The notes beneath the pieces are model-generated. The model was not told the origin of the DNA and made no database searches. It saw nothing but the letters and a program-made list of their open reading frames with translations. The translations under genes were made by a program, and so were the position numbers. A DNA stretch of 64,000 bases from Rebecca billardiae RCC1528. Its lineage: Eukaryota > Protista > Haptophyta. Location of the stretch: the NCBI GenBank assembly GCA_965240325.2, contig OZ251237.1, forward strand, positions 992,001-1,056,000. Reading direction: 5' to 3'. This document shows, piece by piece, positions 11,154 to 22,294 of the stretch. Within the stretch, counting starts at the first letter, position 1. Each line of letters starts with the position of its first letter.

Positions 11154-12671
11154 GGCGGCCCGCGGACGGCTCTCCTTCGAGCTGGGCGAGCGCGTCATCG
11201 ACGTCAAGGACTCCGGCATCGTGCGAGTCAGTTGAACTATACCGCAGCCTCGAAGAAGTGGGCTTTGCATGTGGAGCTGTTGGATGCATGCAGCTCGCGA
11301 CAGCAGTGCTGAGTGTCACAGGCATCAGTGCCAGTGTCAGCAGAATAAAGTGCTGATCCGCGGCTTCGCCGGGTCTACCGGTCTGTCCGGTGACCGGTCC
11401 GCTCGGATTCGATGATCGGTCTCGGCCTGGCCGGGCCGTCGACGACGCGGCCGGACCGAGCGGCGGCGCCGTCAGTGTCGTGTGAGTCACTTCATCGGAA
11501 GTTCGGAGTGGCCGGGAGCCCTCCGGGCGGCTCCGACTCCCGCCAGTCACGAGTTGGCGACGAGACTGGCCGTATAGGCGTACGGGCCGGTTAGCGTCCC
11601 CGCATACTCGTCATAACAGTACTAGCGGCAGTATTAGCGGTATACTTATCCGTATCCGCGCGGCCGCCCGAGTCGGACTGGCTAGTGAGGACGGCTTACT
11701 GCTTAGAAAGAAGTGTAGGCTTCACTGTAGCCTACTCGATCTGAGTTCACTAGGCGGACTTCTGACAATCGTACGGTCACGGACTCGGTCTCGGAGTCGG
11801 ATCGGGTGTTACCACTGGCCACTGCCGCACTGGTCACTGGCGGCGCGGACTGGCCGGGCCGCGGCACCGTGGTCCGTGCCAGCAGTTATTGATTGAATGA
11901 TTGATCAATCACATTTGATGAATGATGCGATTTGAGTGCTGCCACTCAGGCACCACTGGCCCATGATAATGAATGTCATGAATGAGGCTGATGAGTGATG
12001 AGGCATCGGCGGCTGGCCCACTCTTCGGCAGGGCGGACTGGGCCTGCCGACTCGCCCGCAGCAGCTCAGGCCAGCACTCGGGCGGCTGATCATGATGATG
12101 CCGCTCATCTATTTACGGTCCGTTACTGATGATGACTGCGCTTAGACCTTAGTCCTAACTCAGCTATAGAGTGCTGGGTCTGGCCTCCCGACTAACCGCA
12201 CTCTTCGTTCGGTCTTCCAGTGCGAGCCGTCCACTGCACCACTGGCTGTGACGACGACACACCGGCGGCCAGCCAGCCGCGTGCAGTGTCCTTACTTAGC
12301 CGATCAGCCGTGAGCCGCCGCGGACCGGTTGGCGGTCGCGGTACCGGCGGCTGGCTGCCAGCTGCCAGCTGCCAGCTGAGCAGTGAGCACGGCAGGGCGA
12401 CTGGCAGACCGCGACTGGCGCCTGTGAGTGTGGCGCGTCTGGGGAGGGCAGACCGCGTCGGAGCTTGCCCTCGCCTGCGCAGCTGTCGTTGCTTGGGCTA
12501 GCAGTGTTCACGGTGTCTCGTGACAGCGGCACGACGACGCTGCGCACCGCAGCGTCGCCGTGCCACGAGCGTGATGCCACACGCGCGCTCCTCACACAAG
12601 TGTCCCTGCAGTAGCCACACCCTCGCGGGAGCTGCCGGACCGCAGGGGGGAAGGTTCGACGGCGGCGAGCC

Positions 12672-13277
12672 TCAGTACTCGTCATCGTCGTCGTCGCTGC
12701 CGTTTGCGCGCGCCATGACCTCGTCGACCAGCGGCATGTCATCCAGCATCTCACAGTTGTGCAGCGCAAACTCGAGCGACGCCGTCTCGAACTTGCCAGA
12801 TGGGTCGATCTCGCTGAGGCCGTTGAACTGGCGGTGCACCTTGCCCTCCTTGCAGCAGATGACCGTCGGCATCATCCACACATTCAAGCGCTCGACCAAG
12901 AAAGGGCTGTTCTCCGCATCCACCTTCATGAACTTGGCCTCCATGTGCTTCGTGGCGAGCACCTGCAGGTGATCGGAGAGCACGTCGCACCACTTGCTCC
13001 CCGCGCGGTAGAAGAGGACAACGCAGCGCTTGCTCTTCTTGCAGGCTTCGAAGAACTCCTTCTGATCCGTGATCGTCGTGAGCGTGCCGTGGTCGTTCCG
13101 ACGCCACTGCTCCTTCTCCAGCGCCTGCTCCTTCATGTGCTCCAACCGCTGCCTGCGCAGCCGCACGTAGTCGTCCTCACCCATGTTGTCCATGCGCTCG
13201 ATCTCGTGGTCGACCGCTTTCTCGACGGAGGCAAGCGCCACCGCCGCCACCTGCTGCATAAGCGCCTGCTGGTCCAT
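12672..13277 (-). CDS. TXNDC9: Phosducin-like / thioredoxin domain-containing protein 9
   Basis: LRRQRLEHMK..HGTLTTITDQKEFFEACKKSKRCV..KHMEAKFMKVDAENSPFLVERLNVWMMPT, and an acidic tail. Confidence 0.88.
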   Translation of the reverse strand: MDQQALMQQVAAVALASVEKAVDHEIERMDNMGEDDYVRLRRQRLEHMKEQALEKEQWRRNDHGTLTTITDQKEFFEACKKSKRCVVLFYRAGSKWCDVLSDHLQVLATKHMEAKFMKVDAENSPFLVERLNVWMMPTVICCKEGKVHRQFNGLSEIDPSGKFETASLEFALHNCEMLDDMPLVDEVMARANGSDDDDDEY

Positions 13278-13325
13278 GACTCAAGACTGGATGCGCGTGG
13301 CGGTTGACCGCGGCGCGACGTGTGA

Positions 13326-14214
<889 letters not shown>

Positions 14215-14420
14215 TGACCGCCTGCGGGCCCTGGGTGGCTGGAGGGCGCCTGGCCGCAGCCCTGGACAGTCCTCGGGCGCCGGCCCTCGGGCAGCGGTCT
14301 GACTCGGTCTGCGGAGGGTGGCAGTGAGTCATGACTATTGCCTGCCTGACTGCGTCCGCGCGGGAAGCGGGCGCGGCTGTCGATGTCGCGGTGACCGGTC
14401 TGTCCGGTGATCATGCGCCT

Positions 14421-14423
<3 letters not shown>

Positions 14424-14507
<84 letters not shown>
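14424..14507. repeat. (TA)n microsatellite
   Basis: Perfect run of about 42 AT units. Confidence 0.97.
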
Positions 14508-14510
<3 letters not shown>

Positions 14511-15196
14511 AGTCTGCCAAATTATATAATAATTTATTAAAAATTTATAAAGTCGGTTGCTGACTTGCTGAGCCGGCCAATGCCTTATTGCCTCAGAACT
14601 TTGGCTTTGCGGCACTGCTGCATCAGATTCCACGTACTAGTAACTGCTGAAGAAGTGCCGCGGCCGCTGGCAGCCGCCTCGTTTATATTTAGCCGATTAG
14701 CGGAGTCTTAGTAGCAGCTAACTAAGACTGACTCAGAGTCAACTGTTGTCTGTTGGGCGTGGGCTACAGTTTCGCCGGTACTGGCGCGGTAAATTACTTT
14801 AATTAGTTCGCGGCGGTCCGGTACTACGTCCGTCGTAACGCGCAGTTCAGCTCGGACGAGCCGACGAGTCCGGGACGAGCAGCCAATATAATAATGACGA
14901 TCCTGCATGCTATGCTGACTGGGTGCTGCCACTGCCGCGCTCCGTGCGGTCTGCGGACCGCGTGCCCGAGGCGGCGCCGCGCGGTTCGGCCACTCATACT
15001 CACTGCGGCCCGCGCGTGACACTCAGAGTCGGACTTGATGATGGTCACCATTTATGTTGATGAATAGGTGTACTGCTGAGACTGGCTCGTCGGAGTCACG
15101 GCTCAGTGGCAACTCTGAGTGAGACAGTGAGTCGGACCCGGCCAATCGTCGAAATCCATGGCCCACGGCGGTCCGGAGCTGCCGAAAAAACGCGCC

Positions 15197-16078
15197 TCAC
15201 CAGAGAAGGTTGGAGTCATCTCTGATGTTGCGCGCGGTCATCAGCACATGGTTGATGTCCATGGAGGGCAGGTGCTGCAGGTACCATCGGATCTCGCTGT
15301 AGTCGAGCTCGAGCAAGTCCTCCATGCACAGCTGCAGAATCGCCAGGCAGACGTACAGGTGCAGCTCGAGGGGCGCGTCCTCGCGCGCGGCCTGCTGCTC
15401 GTGGGCAAAGTAGATGTCCCACAGGCGGAGCACGCAGGGCATGGGCAGCTCGCGAGCGAGTAGTGAGCGCAGCCATGACGGCAGCCACTGGTGGACGCTC
15501 ACCGCCTCCTCCTCGAAGTACGCGTACAGGTCGGGGAGCGCCTGGCGGAACAGCGTGTTGAACGTGACGACGAGCTCGCGGCCGCCCTCTTGTGTGAAGC
15601 GGGGAGCCAGCCGGCCCACGAGCGCCTCGAAGGAGTAGTAGAGCTCGCGCTCACTCGCATAAACGTGCACCAGTGGCCCGATAAGATGGAGCAGGCTCCG
15701 GTCGTAATCGCACGGGTGGAAGTTGAGGTAGCGCAGGATGACCTGCTTGATCTGCACGCGTGTGCTTGCGCTCATCTCGCGCGATCGCTCCAGGCCTGAC
15801 GCGCGGTAGTACCGTCTGACGTCCATCTCAACGCGGCGGATGACATCCTCGTCGAGACAGAGCGCCCACGGGCGCTCGAGCTCCTGGTACTCGTGCGCCA
15901 TGCGCTTGACAAGGCTGATCTCCTCCGTCTTCTCCGGACGGCTCACGCCCAGCAAGTACTTCCACGTGTCTCCGCGCAGCTTGTCGGGCACCGTGCCACC
16001 GAGGCACAGCTCGGCGAGTCGTACCATGTCGACATGCGTCTCGGACTCGTGCAGCACCTCGTACAGCGAGTCGCCCAT
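15197..16078 (-). CDS. TBC (Rab-GAP/Bub2-like) domain protein
   Basis: VPDKLRGDTWKYLLG, EMDVRR, PDLYAYFEEE..WL.SWL.SLLARELP...VLRLWDIYF. ATG 16078. Confidence 0.85.
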   Translation of the reverse strand: MGDSLYEVLHESETHVDMVRLAELCLGGTVPDKLRGDTWKYLLGVSRPEKTEEISLVKRMAHEYQELERPWALCLDEDVIRRVEMDVRRYYRASGLERSREMSASTRVQIKQVILRYLNFHPCDYDRSLLHLIGPLVHVYASERELYYSFEALVGRLAPRFTQEGGRELVVTFNTLFRQALPDLYAYFEEEAVSVHQWLPSWLRSLLARELPMPCVLRLWDIYFAHEQQAAREDAPLELHLYVCLAILQLCMEDLLELDYSEIRWYLQHLPSMDINHVLMTARNIRDDSNLLW

Positions 16079-16464
16079 CGCGCAGATGACGCTTGCGGCG
16101 ACCTCGGCGACTCCACTGAGTCCACAGTATTTTTTATAATTGTACAAATGGGGGTACGTAGTAGTAGTGAAAGTAAATATAAGTTCGAAGCAGGCAGCGT
16201 CGAACATACGGCACGAGACTTATGTCGGTCTTCACAAGTTGACCAGTGTCAGGCTCTGTCGCGACTGACAGACGGGCTCGGCATCGCTGTGATCGCCGAC
16301 TGATCCGAGATCGCGGTCCGCCTCGCGCCTCGCGGAGCGTTCTGCCAACTCATTAGCCTACTGTAGTACTGTAGCGTACCACACCGTACCAAAACGGCAT
16401 AAGTCGATAAGAGTCGGCATCGTCGTAATGCCGTTGGTGCTGGTTCCGAGACATCTGGCTGCCC

Positions 16465-17758
16465 TCACTCGGTGAAAGTCGGGTTGAGCGCCTCCTCCTC
16501 GGCGGTGAAGTAATCGGGGTCAAAGTGGTGAATCCGCACATAGCCGTCCTCGCCACCGCTCGCGTACCTGGGGGCAAGCGCCGCACGCGCGAGCGCAGGC
16601 CGCTCCGATGAGCGCAGGCCGCGGCGCGCGCGGGGGATGGATGGGGTTCGCGCGCCGGCACGCGGCGCACCCTCGGCCGTGCGGCGCCATCTGCAGCGTG
16701 TTGATCGGCCCGAAGTGCCCCTTGATCGAGCCGAGCTCGTCCTCGAAGACGAGGTGGAAGAAGATGGCGTCGAGCTTGCCCATCTTGGAGCTGGTCGTCG
16801 TGACGGACATGGCGTCCTGCCCGCCGCCGACCACGACGTACGGGCAGTCCGGGAGCGGCGAGATGTGCGCGGAGTTGAGCGGCCGGTCGGTCTCGTACAC
16901 CTTGAGGCACTCGAGCGTCTTCACGTCGAACAGCCGCGCCGAGCCGTCCTTGGACGCGGAGATGAGGAAGGTGCCGTCCCACGAGAACTGGATGTCCACC
17001 ACCTTGTCCCGGTGCTCCTCGACCTTCTCGAGCTGCTCGCCCGTGGTCGGGTCCCAGATGCGGATGGTCTTGTCGTCGGAGCAGCTGATGATCGTCCTGT
17101 TCAGCGCGCCCCACAGCGCGCGGTTGATCTTGCCCGTGTGCCCCGTGATCTCGAGCACCGCCTCGTCCGACTGACCCTCCTTGCTCTCGCGAATCTTCTC
17201 GGAAAGGTCGTAGATGAAGATCGTGGGCTTGTGGCCCATGATCGGGTCGATGGCGGTGAGGCACTGGCGCGAGCCCATGGCGAAGTTGACCGCGCGCACG
17301 GGCACCTTGTGCTTGAACACGAAGAGCTCCTCGCCCGTCTCCACGCTCCACAGCCTCGCCGAGTTGTCGGCCGAGCCAGTCAGCAGCATCGTCGAGTCGT
17401 AGCTGACATCGACGCACCACACGGCGCCCGTGTGGCCCTGGTAGGTGCCGATGTGCTCGCCGTTGTCGGCGTACCACACGGATGGCGTGTGATCCTTTGC
17501 CACCGTGAAGAGCAGGTCGCCTTCCCTGTTGTACTTGATCATCGTGAGCGCGCGCTCATGGCCCTTCACCAGGATTGGCCGCTGCGGGCGTGCCGGGCGG
17601 AGCGCAGGCGGGAGTGTCGGTCGGAGGTGCGCGAGGGGACGGGGGAGCGTGCAGGTGGTGAGCGCGTGACCTAGCACCGGGCAGTAGCGCGCTCCCGGCC
17701 GCACGGACGCGTGGCGCCGCCCGATCGTCGGCCACGCGCGGCGCGGCGCGCCCACCAT
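16465..17758 (-). CDS. EIF3I: Translation initiation factor eIF3 subunit I (WD40); 3 exons
   Basis: ATG-only first coding exon, intron 17755-17582, then RPILVKGHERALTMIKYNREGDLLF..GHFGPINT, intron 16670-16568, then YASGGEDGYVRIHHFDPDYF. Confidence 0.96.
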
Positions 17759-17863
17759 CTTGGAGGCGACGTGTGCCCCGGTCCGGACCGCGGCCACACG
17801 ACGGGTCCGGTAGCGTCGCGAAAAAAGCGGTACTGTAATTCCAAAATCGACGTGGCTTCCAGC

Positions 17864-18673
17864 ATGCTCGAGGGCCTGTGCAACGAGACGACGGCGCGCT
17901 GGTTCTACGCGTGGTATAGCCGGTACTATGATCGGCTACAGAAGTACTTCTCGTCGCCGCACATGCGCGAGCGTGGGCTCGACCTTGCCGGCATTTCGCC
18001 CGGCATGCACGTGCTGGACGTCGGCGCAGGCACCGGCACGCTCACGATGCAGGTGCTCTCGCGCGGGGTGTCGGCGGCGAACGTGACGATGCTCGATCAG
18101 AGCGAGGGTATGCTCGCGCAGGCCAAAGCGAAGCCCGAGCTCGACGGCGTGCGCAAGGTGCTTGCTGACGCGCAGGACCTGCCGTTCTCCGATCAGTCCT
18201 TCGATCGGGTCACGTCAAGTGGCGCCATCTACTACTGGCCGGACCCGGTCCGCGCGATGCGCGAGGAGTACCGCGTGCTCAAGCCCGGTGGGCGTGCGCT
18301 CGCCATCGGCACGCTACAGCCCAGCGCGGTCGGCATCCGCCTGATCGCGCAGATCTTCAACCGCTTCCCCACCGAGGAGCAATATATCCACTGGTTCCGC
18401 GCCGCCGGCTTTGTGGACATTCAGACGGTGAATGTGGCGAACCCGTGGAACGAGCAGCAGTTCGCGATCGCCATCGTGGGCACGCGCCCAGCCGACGGCG
18501 CCGCGCCCGCGCCGGCCCCCGTCGCCGCGCCTCAGCGCGCGGCCGTCGGGCCCATCGGGCTGTGCGTGCTGCTCGCGCGCTATGCGATTTCGATGGCCGC
18601 CTTTGCCGTCGTCGGCCCGTTGCAGATGCTCGTGGCCTCGCGCTACTTCCGCAGTGCGCCACGCTCGGCATGA
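17864..18673 (+). CDS. VTE3: MPBQ/MSBQ methyltransferase-like (VTE3 family; tocopherol/plastoquinone)
   Basis: ARWFY..YD, VLDVGAGTG, DAQDLPF..FDR..S.G.I.YWPDP, FPTEEQYIHWFRAAGF, and a C-terminal hydrophobic anchor. Confidence 0.72.
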   Translation: MLEGLCNETTARWFYAWYSRYYDRLQKYFSSPHMRERGLDLAGISPGMHVLDVGAGTGTLTMQVLSRGVSAANVTMLDQSEGMLAQAKAKPELDGVRKVLADAQDLPFSDQSFDRVTSSGAIYYWPDPVRAMREEYRVLKPGGRALAIGTLQPSAVGIRLIAQIFNRFPTEEQYIHWFRAAGFVDIQTVNVANPWNEQQFAIAIVGTRPADGAAPAPAPVAAPQRAAVGPIGLCVLLARYAISMAAFAVVGPLQMLVASRYFRSAPRSA

Positions 18674-19158
18674 GCTTTGCGCGCGCCTCGGCTCGCGCTG
18701 GTAGCGTGCGACGGGAGTGCCCGGGGCATGGTCGTGGGCTCGGTGGTCTGAGCCAACTTGACCTTGATCGAGCTCAAGCTATTCATACTCGGAGTACTCG
18801 GACACGGTCTCCGACTACTCTGACAGTGACATGGTCCATGCTGGATGAGACAATGTCATAGTCAGGACGGAACCCTTCCTGCGCTGTCTCGGTGTAGCTA
18901 GATAGTGTGTCTGTGACTCTGAGACACCGCGCCAGCCGCTCTGACGCCCTGACGTGGTCGTGCGAGTGAGTGAGCGAGTCGCGAGCTGTACCGTACTGGT
19001 ATGTCAGTGAATCTGGACTGGCCAGGGCCGAGCCGGGAGGGCGGACGAGCACGAGCAACCCTGCTCAAGCGCGTTCCCACTTCGCAGTCCGGCAGTCCGG
19101 CACGACCAGTTTCAGTCGAATCCCGCGAATCCTCGATCATCATTCATCTGCGCGGGAA

Positions 19159-20277
19159 ATGGCGCACCACGTCGTCGTCGCCCTCGCGATGGGCGCGCTC
19201 ACGCGCGGCACGCCGATGCACGGGGTGCGGTTGGCCTACTCCACCACCCCACGTGCGCGGTCGGCGCCCTCCGCCGCCCCACGCGCGCACGTCCTCGCCA
19301 TGTCCGACATCTCCTCCGACATCTCGCCGTTCGACCAAGCGCAGTGGGAGGCGCTGCGCGAACAGCAGGAGGAATTCTGGAAGGGGCTGTGGACGACGCA
19401 TGCGCCCGACGGCGAGGTGCTGGACGAGCTCGAGGCGGACTCGGCCTGGGTGAAGACGAAGGGCGATCAGATCATCCAGGTGAACACGTACTTCATCGGC
19501 AGCGTGCGCGCAAACTGTGACACGTGCCAGGACTCAGTTACTGCCAAGCAGGTGCAGGTGGGCACGTATGCCCCGGGGCAGATGCCCGGCGTGCGACTGG
19601 CGGGCGCGGGCGTGGCGTTCGGCCCGCGCGTGACGAAGCGCGGCGCCATGACGGCCGAGGTCGGGCTGCGCGATGGCATCTCCCGCGTGCGCGTCTCCTT
19701 CGTCTACGACCCCCAGTACGGCCCGGCCGGTGGCCCGCCGACGTCGCTCGAGCTCGCGCGCATGACCGTGGTCCGTGAGTGCCTCGACCGCCCGCCGCTG
19801 CGCGACGAGCCGCGCGAGGCGTCGGGCACGCGGCCCTCCGGGACCGCCGCGGACTTCTGGCGCCCAGCCACGGACGCGCCGCTGCTCGGCCTGTGGGAGG
19901 GCGAGCGTGCAACGTACTCGCGCGGCGAGGACGGCACCGCCTCCGTCACGACGGAGGCGGTGGCGCCGACGCACCTTCGCGCGTGCCGCTGCTCCGGGGG
20001 CGGCGCCGGCGCCGAGGCCGCGGACAGCGCGACGCGCCTAGCGCTGCGCGGGGGTATCACCATCGAGTGCCCGCGGCAGATCCTGCCGGCCGAGTCCAAC
20101 GCCCTGTGCCTCAGCTGGGTGCCGGACGGCGCCGTGCCGCTGCTGCGCCGAGCGATGCTCGAGGTGACGGCGCTCGGCCGCGTCGTCACGGAAAACGACG
20201 AGGAGGTCGTCATGTCGCCACCCGTCTGCGACAGCCTGGTGGTCGAGGAGCTGCGCCAACGCGCGCCTGCGCTCTGA
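19159..20277 (+). CDS. Probable plastid-targeted beta-barrel protein (DUF3598-like)
   Basis: Signal plus transit-like N-terminus. QWEAL..FWKGLWTTHAPDGEVLDE and a second LLGLWEGER repeat, as in tandem nitrobindin-like barrels. Contains CDTC. Confidence 0.5.
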   Translation: MAHHVVVALAMGALTRGTPMHGVRLAYSTTPRARSAPSAAPRAHVLAMSDISSDISPFDQAQWEALREQQEEFWKGLWTTHAPDGEVLDELEADSAWVKTKGDQIIQVNTYFIGSVRANCDTCQDSVTAKQVQVGTYAPGQMPGVRLAGAGVAFGPRVTKRGAMTAEVGLRDGISRVRVSFVYDPQYGPAGGPPTSLELARMTVVRECLDRPPLRDEPREASGTRPSGTAADFWRPATDAPLLGLWEGERATYSRGEDGTASVTTEAVAPTHLRACRCSGGGAGAEAADSATRLALRGGITIECPRQILPAESNALCLSWVPDGAVPLLRRAMLEVTALGRVVTENDEEVVMSPPVCDSLVVEELRQRAPAL

Positions 20278-20758
20278 AAGTCATCAGCAGCCTCTGCGCG
20301 CGTGCTGACGCCGACGGACTGCAATTGATGATTGATGAATCTTAGTATCATCATGCTGCATGACGTTGCGTGGTGTGCGGCCCGCCGGCCTAACCTGGTG
20401 TGCCGCCTAAGCCCTGAGGCCTGACTTAAGCAGTGATACTACTACATGCTGTAGCTAGCTGTAGTCGTCTGCTGTGACAGTGAGCTATGATGACTCATAT
20501 CCGATTATATAACTGCGCGCGCGGCACCGCGGCGCTGGCACGCCATCCGCTGCGTACTGCTGCCGTACTCACTCGGTAACTACTGCGTAGGGGACTAGGG
20601 CGGTACCTTTAACCTTAACCTGCGCTCCAAGATCGATGATGCTATATATTGGCGCATATTGCTGTCGTAGTACCGAATTAGGTCAGACAGGCGCCAGGCA
20701 GCATCGGTAGATCGCATCGACGATGCCGCCGATGATGATATCCATCGCCAACACAGAG

Positions 20759-22140
20759 TCAGCGCACGGCGCCAGGCTGCGAGGTGCGCTCCGAGTGCGG
20801 CGTCCACTTCAGCTTCGACGGGTCGACGGGTGGGCTGTTGTCCTTCTTGTTCACATACTGCTCGATCATCTTTGGCGAGACGTACACGCTGTGCTGCCCA
20901 CCGAAGTACTTGAGCAGGTCGAGCGCCTGCAGCGTCGCGATGATGTCCTCGGGGCGGAAGCTCGTCATGTCCGAGAGCTCCTTGATCGAGATGGTGCCCT
21001 TGTGCTTGGCGAGAATCTCCAGAAGCTTCTGCGCCCAGTACGAGCGGTACGAGACGAGGCCGAGATCGGAGAGCGGCCGCTCGGGCGTGCCGAGCTTGCC
21101 CTCGCGCTTCGAGAGCTCGTACGAGATGCTGATCATGAACTTGCCGTACCCCTTGCGCTGGTAGCACGGCAGCGTGAGGATGCACGCCAGGTTGTAGTCC
21201 TCGGCCGAGATGCGCTGCGCGCGGGCGGCAGAGCACAGGCGACGCAGCGCAGCGCGGCGGCGCGTGCGTGAGCGAAGCGCCCACCCGCGGTGCGCGGTCC
21301 GCGCCCGGCGCGCGCGCACCTCCTTGCTGAAGTAGCCGACCATGTGCGCGCCCTGGTCGTCGCACGAGCAGATGATGTAGAACAGGAAGGGCTGCACGTC
21401 ATAGTACAGCGTCTTGTGGTCGAGGAAGAGCTTCGCCAGCAGGCAGAGGTTCTCGCAGAACACGCGCTCCACGCGCGAGTCGATCTCGTAGACGGCCATC
21501 TCGCCATGGCGGAAGATCTCGTCGCCGGGCGGGTGGAAGCGCTTGCACCGCGTCTTCATGTACCGCTCGAGCTGCGCGCGCCGCGCGAAGTACGAGAGGT
21601 CGTACTCACACCAGTAGAGCGTGTCAACTGCCGAGTACTCCTTCGGGAAGGGCGAGAAGTACCACGTGTCCATCTCGTACTCGCCGATGGCGATGCGCGA
21701 GATGTTCTTCACCTTGGTCGCCTCCTCGTGCTCCTTCAGCGTGATCGGGTCGAGCTCGCCCTCCTCCTCGTGGTGGTGGCTCTCGTCGAACTTGCGCTTG
21801 GTCGTGCGCGTCACCTTCTTGCCGTCGCCCCCGCCTGAGGTCTCCTGCGCGCCCAGGTCGAAGCGGTCGATGGTGACCCACTCGTCCATGCGGCGGTTGA
21901 ACGAGAGGTAGTGCACGTAGTACGACCACTCGCTCGTCTCGATGTTCTGCCTCCGCTCGATCACCTCGCACATCCCTGCGGCCGGCCGGGCGGCGAGGGC
22001 GCGTCACAGTGAGCGACGGCACGCGCGCAGCCCGGAGGAGCGGCGCGCGAGCGCGCACAGTACTGATCATCTCGCCATTTGCAGTACAGGTTCGTGCCGA
22101 TCTCGAGCGGCTTGTGCTGCTGCACGCTCGGCGCACCCAT
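20759..22140 (-). CDS. MYST histone acetyltransferase (Tip60/Esa1/HAM type) with chromo-barrel; 3 exons
   Basis: YYVHYLSFNRRMDEWV, TWYFSPFP, KLFLDHKTLYYDV, NLACILTLPCYQRKGYGKF, GTPERPLSDLG. Introns 22058-21976 and 21319-21215. Confidence 0.96.
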
Positions 22141-22294
22141 CCTTACTTTGAGTGCCAAGTCAAGAGATCACCCCTCTCTCACTCGGCAGCCGCCATGCTG
22201 ATTTGCAGGACGTCAGCTCTCCAGCGGCAGGCTGAGAACCAGCTGGTGGCGCGCGCTCGTGAATCGTCGGAGCGAAGGAAAAGCGCGCACCAGC

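Noticed and set aside
11154-11235. Protein-like tail RLSFELGERVIDVKDSGIVRVS after the NifU-like stop
   Set aside because: It is in a different frame and no convincing splice pair joins it.
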